A stretch of 16,446 nucleotides of DNA from an uncultured bacterium (GTDB lineage: Bacteria > Schekmanbacteria > GWA2-38-11 > J061): assembly GCA_964549305.1 (NCBI GenBank), contig CAZJVM010000056.1:1-16446 (forward strand), given 5' to 3'. A program made the translations under genes and the position numbers. Below, one piece after another: positions 1 to 8,083 of this stretch. Below the pieces are notes generated by a model. The model ran no database searches, was not told the origin of the DNA, and saw only the letters and a program-made list of their open reading frames with translations. Within the stretch, counting starts at the first letter, position 1. Each line of letters begins with the position of its first letter.

Positions 1-70
1 ATGATTGGGAAGTTTACGCGACTTAATGAAAAGTGAGGCATAGTGAAATTAATTCGGCCTGATATGTTAA

Positions 71-106
71 TTGACAATTGAAAGGGAAAAGAATAATTTT
101 TATATA
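71..106 (+). promoter_or_regulatory. Putative sigma70 promoter of the Slp lipoprotein gene
   Basis: Perfect TTGACA at 71-76 with TAATTT at 94-99 (17 bp spacer). An alternative pairing is TTGAAA 78-83 with TATATA 101-106. A Shine-Dalgarno GAGGGAGG lies at 111-118. Confidence 0.45.
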
Positions 107-128
107 AAAAGAGGGAGGTTGGAGAGTG

Positions 129-713
129 ATGAAAAGATTTTTGCTTCTAATGCTTATTTTTCTCACCAGCGCCTGTGCACCCGTTTTAACTGAGGAAATA
201 ATGAATATCAGTTCAACGGAAGTGCCTCTTTCAAAAATTGTACAAGACCCTGATTTTTATAAAGGCAAGAGTTTTGTCCTTGGAGGATTGATAGTCAAAA
301 CGGAGTTTTCCGAGGAAGGTTCGGTTTTGGAAGCAGGTTATGTGCCTGTTGACAAAAGAGGACACTTTAAAACTTTGAAGCCTTCAAATGCCCGTTTTCT
401 TGCGCTTTTGCCCAAAGCTAAGGGAATTATCGAACCTCTTCTTTACAAGCAGGGCAGGGAAGTGACCCTTGCGGGAAAATTCAGTGAAATTCGAAAAGAT
501 AAAATAGAAAAAATGGAATATGACTATCCTGTTTTCGTGATTGATGAAATCTATCTATGGGATGAAAAGACAGAAGAAAGATATATCAACCCCTATCCCC
601 GGGGGTATTACGACCCTTATTATTATCCTTACAGAGGATACGGTTACCCTTATCCCTATTTTTATGTAGTCCCTAAATCAGGCAAGAGCAAGGGAGGTAA
701 GGGCAAAAAGTAA
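129..713 (+). CDS. Slp/YeaY family outer-membrane lipoprotein
   Basis: Signal peptide MKRFLLLMLIFLTSAC with a lipobox Cys. Slp-like motifs: 'KGKSFVLGGLIV', 'RFLA...IIEPLLYKQGREVTLAG' and 'YDYPVFVIDEIYLW', followed by a Tyr/Pro-rich tail. Start is ATG 129 or GTG 126, downstream of a strong SD. Confidence 0.8.
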   Translation: MKRFLLLMLIFLTSACAPVLTEEIMNISSTEVPLSKIVQDPDFYKGKSFVLGGLIVKTEFSEEGSVLEAGYVPVDKRGHFKTLKPSNARFLALLPKAKGIIEPLLYKQGREVTLAGKFSEIRKDKIEKMEYDYPVFVIDEIYLWDEKTEERYINPYPRGYYDPYYYPYRGYGYPYPYFYVVPKSGKSKGGKGKK

Positions 714-794
714 CATAGTTCAAGTCCTCAAGTTTGCATAAATCGTGTTTTCCAAAACATCCCCTCTTCAAAAGACATTTTTTTCTTAAAAAGC

Positions 795-824
795 TTGAAA
801 TAAACTTCTTTTTAGTGTGATACT
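795..824 (+). promoter_or_regulatory. Putative sigma70 promoter (extended -10) of the TonB-dependent receptor
   Basis: TTGAAA 795-800, 18 bp spacer, TG at 816-817 and GATACT at 819-824. Confidence 0.5.
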
Positions 825-1000
825 TAAAAAATTGAAGTTTGTTTTAATTTCTGTTCACGGTCATTTTTATTACCCCTTGTTGCTGATGACTATGTGGTCT
901 ACCTGAATTGTATTTGAATGCAAGCGGCATATGTTCAGAAAGTGCCGTATTTTTGAATAGAATAAGACAAGAAAAATATTGCCAATCAGGAGGGGAGCAG

Positions 1001-3616
1001 ATGTATAAAAAAACTTTCTCTATCTTTGTGTTTTTCGTATTAATTACCTTATTTTTTTTACATTCCGGCGCAAATGCGGAAGAAGGTGCAATTCGCGGTA
1101 TAATCACAGACGAATCAACGGGCAAATCACTTCCCGGAATAACTGTGACTATTGATGATACAGAGTATATTACATTTACGGACGAGAAAGGAAATTATAG
1201 TTTTTCTCTTCCTCCCGGCACTTATAATCTGAGAGCGGAAATGTTGGGATTCATTCCGGCAGAAGCGCACAGGGTTGTCGTTGTCGAAGGTGGAAGCAAT
1301 AAGGTTAACTTTGCTATGGAGGAGACAACGGCAATTGAAGGAGAAGAAACCGTAGTTACCGGTGAGCGATTGACAGTACCTCTTTCAAAAACAACGGCAA
1401 CCGTTGCAGTCGTCGGCACAAAGGATATTGAAAAAATAACTGCTGCAACGGGAGCTTCCGACCTAATAGTCAATACTCCGGGTGTGCAGGTAGAAGGCGG
1501 AGGTTCGGAGTTTACGAAAACAATCAAAATCAGAGGCAGGACAGTTGCGCCTCCCTCTGCCGTTTCTTCGGGCATACTTCTGCTTATTGACGGAGTGCCC
1601 GCGAATGATCCCGGGCGAGGATATGCGGATATGTATAAAATAGCGCCGGAAAACGTTGAGCGCATAGAGGTTTTAAAAGGCGCGTCATCAGCGCAGTACG
1701 GAGGATCTGCTTCTGCGGGAGTTATTAATATTATTACAAAGAAAGGAAATAAAAAACCTTTTACAAAGGTTAGTGTAAATTTTGGAACATATCAGGGGCG
1801 AAAACACGCGGAATCGGAACTATATGAAAATTATTCTTTTTTCCACAGTTGGGGAGGAAAACGTTTTGACTATGCCATTAATGCCGGTTATTCCCATTCA
1901 AGCGGTATGACAACGGCAGAAACAAAAAATATCGGAAATGTTTTTAAATTGTATGTTGAAAAAAATCCCGGCAAAGGGCGGGATTCTAAGGGTAGTAAAG
2001 TATTTCCCGACAGAAAAGAGATTCCTTATCGTTTAGGAGATGAACTGAATGAACTTATGGATGACGGTGATAAGGATAAGGCGGAAAGATATTCGGTGGG
2101 ACTTAATCTTGGCATAAATATTTTTAAAGGAAATACAATCCGTATAATGCCCTCATATTCAACTATAAGTTTTTATATGCCATTTACTCCGGGCGACACT
2201 CCTCTTCAGACAAGGACTGACAGTTTTGCACAGCACTTCATTAACGTTTTTAACAGGACCGACCGCGTGCAGGTTTCCGATAAATGGGAAATAACACCTG
2301 ACATTACATACAATGTGAGACTGGGACTTGAAAAAAGTACAAGCGGGGCGGACTTCTTCTTCATTAACGACCTGATAGATTACAATACAGAATCAGAGGC
2401 ACTTGGAAAAAAAGACAGGTATGTGGGATTTGACCCTACATCCCCTTTTTATCCTTTAACTCTTTTCAGTGTTGACAGAAGTTTTACACTTGCAAATGAC
2501 CTTGCCATTAAATTTAATATCCTTGACGGTTACTCTCTCTCCTTTGGTCACGAGTATCAGTGGGTAAAAAGCGACTCCGCTTTTCATAATTACAATACGA
2601 GATTCGTAAAACATAATTCACAATCATTTTTTCTTCAAAATATGCTCAGCATAAAAAAACTTACCCTTACGGCAGGGGCAAGATGGGAGCAGGTAACGAC
2701 ATATATCGAAGATTTTGATGATGAGGTATCTCCGAGATTCGGAATTAATTATGAAATAAAACCAGGCACCACTCTTCGTTTCTCAGTAGGCAGAGCAAGA
2801 AGGTTTATTGAGTTTGCCAGGCAATTCGGGCTTGGACAATCGGGAGGAAGATTATATGGAAATCCCGAGATTGGGCCTGAGATAAACTGGACTTATGAGC
2901 TTGGGTTCAGATTTGCGACTAAGTATATAAGCGGAGATATAGCGTATTTTTATGATGATTACTCAGACTATGAAATTCCCGTACCTGTATCGGCAGTTGG
3001 TTACTCAAGCGGTGGAGAGTACTCTGAAAAAGTTTTAGGTGTATCCCGTGAAACGCTCGAAGAATATCAGATAAATCCTGACAATATCCGCGCGGGATTG
3101 TTTATCAACGGTCCTGATGCGGTTTTTCAGGGATTTGACACATCATTTGAAATCAAGCCCATGAAAAACTGGGATATCAATGTTTCATACCTTTTCCAGC
3201 GCGCAGTTGTGGGAAGCAATAATCCTTTTGATTTCGGGCAGGGACAACCGCAGACATCATGGATAAAGAAAAGAAAAGGTTTGGGCCCAAAGTTTGAAGG
3301 TGAAATGAGAATCGAGTACATCCCAACACATATATTCAAAGTTTCCTCAGGATATACCCTCCCTTTCGGACTGAGGACCGACATAAACGGAAGATATAAG
3401 AGCACGACACAATACTTTAATGGTACATTTGTCGGAGGTCTTTTTGAACAGCCGGAGCACTGGGTTTGGGATCTTAAGCTTACCCAACCGTTTATGAACG
3501 GCAAGATGAAGTTTACCGTTGCCATCGAAAATGTTTTCAGCAAACTCTATTATGAAAATGGCGGGATACCTTCAAATGTGGCAAGGTATGTATTTGGAAT
3601 AGAAGCTCAATTCTAA
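1001..3616 (+). CDS. TonB-dependent outer-membrane receptor with N-terminal carboxypeptidase-regulatory-like domain
   Basis: ATG 1001 follows SD AGGAGGGG and begins a Sec signal peptide ending ANA. N-terminal 'GAIRGIITDESTGKSLPGITVTI...TDEKGNYSF.LPPGTYNL' domain. TonB box-like 'ETVVVTG'. Plug motifs 'LLLIDGVP' and 'VERIEVLKGASSAQYGGSASAGVINIITKK'. Barrel motifs 'SPRFGINY', 'GNPEIGPE' and 'IENVFSKLY', and C-terminal beta-signal 'FGIEAQF'. The TTG at 908 is an unlikely start. Confidence 0.93.
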   Translation: MYKKTFSIFVFFVLITLFFLHSGANAEEGAIRGIITDESTGKSLPGITVTIDDTEYITFTDEKGNYSFSLPPGTYNLRAEMLGFIPAEAHRVVVVEGGSNKVNFAMEETTAIEGEETVVTGERLTVPLSKTTATVAVVGTKDIEKITAATGASDLIVNTPGVQVEGGGSEFTKTIKIRGRTVAPPSAVSSGILLLIDGVPANDPGRGYADMYKIAPENVERIEVLKGASSAQYGGSASAGVINIITKKGNKKPFTKVSVNFGTYQGRKHAESELYENYSFFHSWGGKRFDYAINAGYSHSSGMTTAETKNIGNVFKLYVEKNPGKGRDSKGSKVFPDRKEIPYRLGDELNELMDDGDKDKAERYSVGLNLGINIFKGNTIRIMPSYSTISFYMPFTPGDTPLQTRTDSFAQHFINVFNRTDRVQVSDKWEITPDITYNVRLGLEKSTSGADFFFINDLIDYNTESEALGKKDRYVGFDPTSPFYPLTLFSVDRSFTLANDLAIKFNILDGYSLSFGHEYQWVKSDSAFHNYNTRFVKHNSQSFFLQNMLSIKKLTLTAGARWEQVTTYIEDFDDEVSPRFGINYEIKPGTTLRFSVGRARRFIEFARQFGLGQSGGRLYGNPEIGPEINWTYELGFRFATKYISGDIAYFYDDYSDYEIPVPVSAVGYSSGGEYSEKVLGVSRETLEEYQINPDNIRAGLFINGPDAVFQGFDTSFEIKPMKNWDINVSYLFQRAVVGSNNPFDFGQGQPQTSWIKKRKGLGPKFEGEMRIEYIPTHIFKVSSGYTLPFGLRTDINGRYKSTTQYFNGTFVGGLFEQPEHWVWDLKLTQPFMNGKMKFTVAIENVFSKLYYENGGIPSNVARYVFGIEAQF

Positions 3617-3716
3617 AGTATTTGTTTCAGGATTTTTTACTGTCGGCAATAAGAAAGCAGTTATTCAAAATTGCCGGGTGTATCGTTTATCTTCTTCTGT
3701 TTAACCTTCTCTGTTG

Positions 3717-3725
3717 TGATATACT
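3717..3725 (+). promoter_or_regulatory. Putative extended -10 promoter element of the glycosyltransferase operon
   Basis: TG-A-TATACT at 3717-3725, about 35 bp upstream of ATG 3761. No convincing -35 element. Confidence 0.4.
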
Positions 3726-3760
3726 CATATCTCATCACTTTTAGATTTTTTTAAATTTAA

Positions 3761-4804
3761 ATGTTTACAGATCAGGAAAAACAGAAAATAAGAATGCAGT
3801 CAGTGGGCGATGAGGACAGTGTTTCCGTAACAATCGTAAACTGGAACGGAGGCGACTATATTGAAAAGTGCCTGCAATCGCTATCTGCTCAGACTGTTAA
3901 AAATATAGAAATCGTTATCGTTGACAATGCCTCTTCAGACGGATCGCCTGATAACCTTGAAAATATTTATCCGTCAATAAAGCTCATAAGAAACAGCGAA
4001 AATCTCGGGTTCAGCAAAGCCCACAATCAGGCAATCAGGGAAACTTCCGGGCAGTACGTAATCCCTCTTAATTTCGATATTACCCTTGAACCGAATTTCA
4101 TAGAAGAAATGATAAAGGCGGCAAAGTTCAGTGATGAGGTGGGAATAGTGTCGGGGAAACTTTACAAGAAAATCGGAGATGAAAGGGGTGTCATAGATAC
4201 TACGGGAATTACAATGAACAATATGTTTCCCGGAGACAGGGGAGAGAATGAAGAGGAAGGGGAAATGTTTTCGGATTATGAATTTGTTTTCGGCGCTTCA
4301 GGTGCCGCGCCGCTTCTTAAAAGGGAAATGCTTGAAGACATTTCGGACAAGGGCGAATATTTCGACGAAGACTTCATTTATTATGTGGAAGATGTTGACC
4401 TTTGCTGGCGGGCACAGATTGCGGGATGGAAATGTATTTTCACTCCCTATGCAGTCGGTTATCATGAGCGGGGCGCCACGAGAAAGACAAGCAGGTCTGT
4501 AAGAAAAGGATACTTTGTGATAGGATACAGAAACAGATATTGCGCGATTTTCAAAAACAGCTTTGCGTCTACGCTTTGGAAGAGAAGCATCAGAATATTG
4601 CTTCGGGAAATATATTTTTATATGTCGCAGGTTGCAGGCAGAAACTTCTATGTTTTGAAAGTGCCTTTCATTTCATTAAAGATGTTCCCCGCAATGATTA
4701 AAAAGAGGCGCTTCGGGATTTCAAAGCGACGGGTTGCCCCGGAATATATGGAGAAGTTTTTATTTTCGAAACGCTATAAAATCATCAGGTGGTTTGATTT
4801 ATGA
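3761..4804 (+). CDS. Glycosyltransferase family 2 (GT-A fold, WbbL/rhamnosyltransferase-like)
   Basis: Motifs 'VSVTIVNWNGGDYIEKCLQSL', 'IVIVDNASSDGS', 'NLGFSKAHNQAI', DxD-like 'LNFD', 'GASGAAPL' and 'FDEDFIYYVEDVDLCWRA'. Start may instead be ATG 3794. Confidence 0.9.
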   Translation: MFTDQEKQKIRMQSVGDEDSVSVTIVNWNGGDYIEKCLQSLSAQTVKNIEIVIVDNASSDGSPDNLENIYPSIKLIRNSENLGFSKAHNQAIRETSGQYVIPLNFDITLEPNFIEEMIKAAKFSDEVGIVSGKLYKKIGDERGVIDTTGITMNNMFPGDRGENEEEGEMFSDYEFVFGASGAAPLLKREMLEDISDKGEYFDEDFIYYVEDVDLCWRAQIAGWKCIFTPYAVGYHERGATRKTSRSVRKGYFVIGYRNRYCAIFKNSFASTLWKRSIRILLREIYFYMSQVAGRNFYVLKVPFISLKMFPAMIKKRRFGISKRRVAPEYMEKFLFSKRYKIIRWFDL

Positions 4805-6177
4805 CTCTAAAAGTTAAATTTGTTTTTCCCGCGGTAACGGGAGTGGGTTTCGGAAGCTACGGCAAGGGGATGGAAGAATCGTGGATTAGCCACGGATTAT
4901 GTCTTTTGAGCGCCTGCACGAAAAAAGAAGGTTTCGATGTTTCCCTTGCGGACCTTCGCTGTATGGAAGGATGGAAAGATTTTGAAAACGAAATAAAAAG
5001 GGACAGTCCCGATGTTGTCGCAGTAACAATGATGAGTGTTGATTTTAATCCGGCATTGCGCTGTATCGAGATTGCAAAAAGCGTCAATCCTGAAATAATT
5101 ACCGTTGCAGGCGGACCTCATCCGTCCATTATGCCCGACGAAGTTTCAGCAGAGGAAAATCTTGATTACGTAATAAAGGGAGAAGGGGAAATAAGCTTCG
5201 TCAATCTTCTCAAATGCATCGAGTCGGGGAAAAGACCCGGCGAGAGGATAATAGAAGGGGAAAAACCGGAGCTTGACGAAATGCCCTTTGCGGACAGAGA
5301 GCTTTTTTCAGGCCTTGAATATCCACTGCCTGTGGAGGGATTTGATACGCCTTTTGTTACAATCATCGCAGGGAGAGGATGTCTCTATAACTGCAGTTTT
5401 TGTCAACCGGCAGAACGTCAGATATTTGGCAAAAAGGTAAGGCGCAGGAGCGTGGAGAATATAATTGAAGAACTTGGACACCTGCAGGAAGTCTATGGCT
5501 TCAAAAGCATGATGATTCACGATGACTGTCTTACAGAGGACAAAAAATGGATTTATGAATTCTGCAAAAGGTACAGGGAAAAATTCACACAACCCTTTGC
5601 CTGCCAGACGAGGGCTGATATTGTCTGCAGAAACGAGCCGATGATAAAGGAATTGAAGGATTCGGGATTGCGGCTTTTTTTCATTGGCTTTGAAAGCGGA
5701 AATCAGAGGATACTGAACTTTCTAAGGAAAGGCACAAAGGTAGAGCATAATTACGAGGCGGCTGAAATTTGCAGGAAATACGGAATAAAGATATGGGCAA
5801 ACTATATGATTGGTGTTCCCACGGAGACAAAGGAAGAGGTGATGGATACGGTGCGAATGATAAAAACGATAAAACCGGACCATTACAGTCCCGCATTTTT
5901 TACCCCTCATCCCGGAAGCGACCTATTTGAATACTGTGAAGAGCATAACCTTTCCCTTGTTAAAAACCACGACAGCTACAGAAGAAATGCCACCGAATGC
6001 AAGATAAAGGGTATAGATTATGAATTTTTACACAATGCCCTGAATGAATCTATGGGCATCCGGGTGCCTTTGGTCAACCGAAGGAGAGGTGAAAAAATTA
6101 AAGAAAAGCTGAGACCCTTTTTCAATGAACATCCTAAAATCAAAAAAGTCATCAAGAAAATAATCGGAAACGGATGA
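4801..6177 (+). CDS. B12-binding domain-containing radical SAM protein (class B methyltransferase-like architecture)
   Basis: N-terminal cobalamin-binding Rossmann segment ('PDVVAVTMMS', 'VAGGPHPS', 'YVIKGEGE'). CxxxCxxC motif 'RGCLYNCSFC', plus 'IGFESGNQRIL' and 'YMIGVPTET'. ATGA overlap with the GT2 stop codon. Confidence 0.92.
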   Translation: MTLKVKFVFPAVTGVGFGSYGKGMEESWISHGLCLLSACTKKEGFDVSLADLRCMEGWKDFENEIKRDSPDVVAVTMMSVDFNPALRCIEIAKSVNPEIITVAGGPHPSIMPDEVSAEENLDYVIKGEGEISFVNLLKCIESGKRPGERIIEGEKPELDEMPFADRELFSGLEYPLPVEGFDTPFVTIIAGRGCLYNCSFCQPAERQIFGKKVRRRSVENIIEELGHLQEVYGFKSMMIHDDCLTEDKKWIYEFCKRYREKFTQPFACQTRADIVCRNEPMIKELKDSGLRLFFIGFESGNQRILNFLRKGTKVEHNYEAAEICRKYGIKIWANYMIGVPTETKEEVMDTVRMIKTIKPDHYSPAFFTPHPGSDLFEYCEEHNLSLVKNHDSYRRNATECKIKGIDYEFLHNALNESMGIRVPLVNRRRGEKIKEKLRPFFNEHPKIKKVIKKIIGNG

Positions 6178-6256
6178 ATATGGGATTTGTCCGGTGCTAA
6201 AAATCCCGGCGGCAAAATGACAGTTCTGTTTTTCTTTTTTCCGATGAAAGAAACAT

Positions 6257-7315
6257 ATGGCTAAAATTGTTTTTTTTTCAAAAACATCTCCAAGAGGGCC
6301 AAGCAGCAGATACAGAATATATCAGTATCTACCTCTGCTAAAAGCAAGAGGCATAGAGGCGGAAGTGAAACCTCTCTTCGATGATTTTTATTTTAAAATA
6401 ATAGAAGTAAAAAGCGGAATTGTCAGAGTAATTCTCAAAACCTTCTATTCCCTGTATAGCTTCATAAAAAGAATTTTCCAGCTCTTTGCAGCGGATAAAT
6501 CAAATATCGCAGTGGTTGAGCATCAACTTTTCCCATATATTCCCGCGTTTCTCGAGCTGATTTTTATAAATTATTTCCACAAGCGCTATGTTGAATTCGA
6601 TGATGCTGTCTATCTTACCTTTCTTCATAAAAAAAAGTTTGAGAAAATGCTTCCTGCTTATAACGGTGTCATCGCGGGAAATAAAAATCTCGCTTCTTTC
6701 GCATTGCGGAAAAATCAAGATGTGGTGATACATCCGACTCTTATCGATGTGGAGAAAGCAAGTCCGAAGAAAGATTACGCAATTTCCGGCAAAGCAGTAA
6801 TAGGTTGGATAGGTCTCGCGTGGAATTTCAAATATCTTAAACTTATTCACGAAGCGCTTAAAGATATCTCGCTGCGTCATGAGGTGATTTTAAAGGTGGT
6901 CTCATCACGACCCCTCCATCTTGAAGGAATATGTTGCGAATTTGAAGAATGGAGTATGGATACGGAGTGGAAGAGCATAAGAAACTGTGACATAGGGATA
7001 ATGCCTCTTGAAGACGATGAGTGGTGCAGAGGAAAGTGCGGATTGAAACTTCTCCAGTATATGGCGTGCGCGATGCCAACGGTAAGTGCTCCGGTGGGTG
7101 TAAACGAAGATATTATAGATGACGGCATAAGCGGGTTCCTTGCATCTGATAAAGGTGAATGGATTGAAAAAGTGGAAAAACTTATTTTGTCGGAAGAATT
7201 AAGAAGGCGTATGGGAACTGCGGGGAGAGAGAAGGCAATAAAGGGTTATTCTCTACAGAAAAAAGGAGGCGACGTTGTTTCCTTTTATGAAAGTCTGTCC
7301 GGAAAATCAGATTAG
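6257..7315 (+). CDS. Glycosyltransferase family 4 (GT-B fold)
   Basis: Motifs 'GPSSRYRIYQY', 'EFDDAVYL', 'IGWIG', 'DIGIMPL...RGKCGLKLLQYMACAMPTVSAPVGVNEDII.DG.SGFLA' and 'LRRRMG.AGR'. Confidence 0.9.
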   Translation: MAKIVFFSKTSPRGPSSRYRIYQYLPLLKARGIEAEVKPLFDDFYFKIIEVKSGIVRVILKTFYSLYSFIKRIFQLFAADKSNIAVVEHQLFPYIPAFLELIFINYFHKRYVEFDDAVYLTFLHKKKFEKMLPAYNGVIAGNKNLASFALRKNQDVVIHPTLIDVEKASPKKDYAISGKAVIGWIGLAWNFKYLKLIHEALKDISLRHEVILKVVSSRPLHLEGICCEFEEWSMDTEWKSIRNCDIGIMPLEDDEWCRGKCGLKLLQYMACAMPTVSAPVGVNEDIIDDGISGFLASDKGEWIEKVEKLILSEELRRRMGTAGREKAIKGYSLQKKGGDVVSFYESLSGKSD

Positions 7316-7321
7316 AAAATC

Positions 7322-8083
7322 TTACTTAAAATCTCTTTTTTCGAATATAAATACGGCAAAGAGAATGATTGCGGATGAGTAGAGTATCGCGTAGACGATT
7401 GACCACAAGATAAAAGAAGGGGCAATATGCTGATTATATACAACCTGCATTTTGATATCGAAGTTATCAAGGTTGGGAAGAAGGTAGTAGAGCGCTTCTG
7501 AAAGGATTTTGAAAGGTAAAGACGCTTTTTCTCCGAGACTTTTTATATCGGTTGTAGCGGTTCCTATTATAAAAATCGCGATACTGAATAAGGTGCTTAA
7601 AAAAGGTGTTGTAAAACTTGAAAACATTACAGCTATTGCAGTCATTATATACATTTCAAAAAAAATTAGAATTATCGCCTCTAGAAGGCCGTAATGAAAT
7701 TCACCTGCAATGAAACGGGATATGGATATGAGAACAAATGCCATTATGGAAATATTCACGAAAATTATAGCGCTCAAGCCGGCGAATTTACCGATTATAA
7801 ACTGATATCTTTCAACGGGTTTTGCAAGAATAGTATATACGGTTTTTTTATCAATCTCCTTGTAGACGAGCGTAATTCCAACAAAAATCGATATGAGAAG
7901 CCCGAATATCTCGATTGCGCCAAGGCCGATGTCTTCCACGATTTTTATATGCTCGCCTATGGAGAGTTTTCCCAGAAGGACTGCCGATAGTATTATGAAC
8001 ACCGAGAACATTACAAGATTGTAGAGTATGCGGTCTCTTATTATTTCCTTAAAAGTATTGAGCGCAATAGTTACTATTTTCAT
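7322..8083 (-). CDS. ABC-2 type transporter permease (PilI-like)
   Basis: About six hydrophobic helices. Motifs 'IALNTFKEIIRDRILY' and 'KEIDKKTVYTILAKPVERYQFIIGKF', with C-terminal 'FEKRDFK'. ATGA overlap with the upstream ATPase gene. Confidence 0.88.
   Translation of the reverse strand: MKIVTIALNTFKEIIRDRILYNLVMFSVFIILSAVLLGKLSIGEHIKIVEDIGLGAIEIFGLLISIFVGITLVYKEIDKKTVYTILAKPVERYQFIIGKFAGLSAIIFVNISIMAFVLISISRFIAGEFHYGLLEAIILIFFEMYIMTAIAVMFSSFTTPFLSTLFSIAIFIIGTATTDIKSLGEKASLPFKILSEALYYLLPNLDNFDIKMQVVYNQHIAPSFILWSIVYAILYSSAIILFAVFIFEKRDFK

Noticed and set aside
1..36. Short ORF MIGKFTRLNEK* or the tail of an upstream gene
   Set aside because: Too little sequence at the window edge to determine frame or identity.
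908..1000. N-terminal extension of the receptor ORF from TTG 908
   Set aside because: ATG 1001 has a strong SD and begins a canonical signal peptide, which the extension would bury.
830..1000. Cobalamin riboswitch or Fur box upstream of the TonB receptor
   Set aside because: I found no B12-box or GGGAA/GCCACTG-type elements and no GATAATGATAATCATTATC-like site by eye.
6175..6264. TGA stop of the radical SAM gene followed by a hairpin (GGGATTT 6182-6188 / AAATCCC 6201-6207) and 28 open codons: possible selenocysteine readthrough
   Set aside because: The TGA lies after a complete domain in a Lys-rich tail with no redox or Cys-equivalent context. The extension (IWDLSGAK...FFFF) looks non-coding, and TGA is a common stop in this window.
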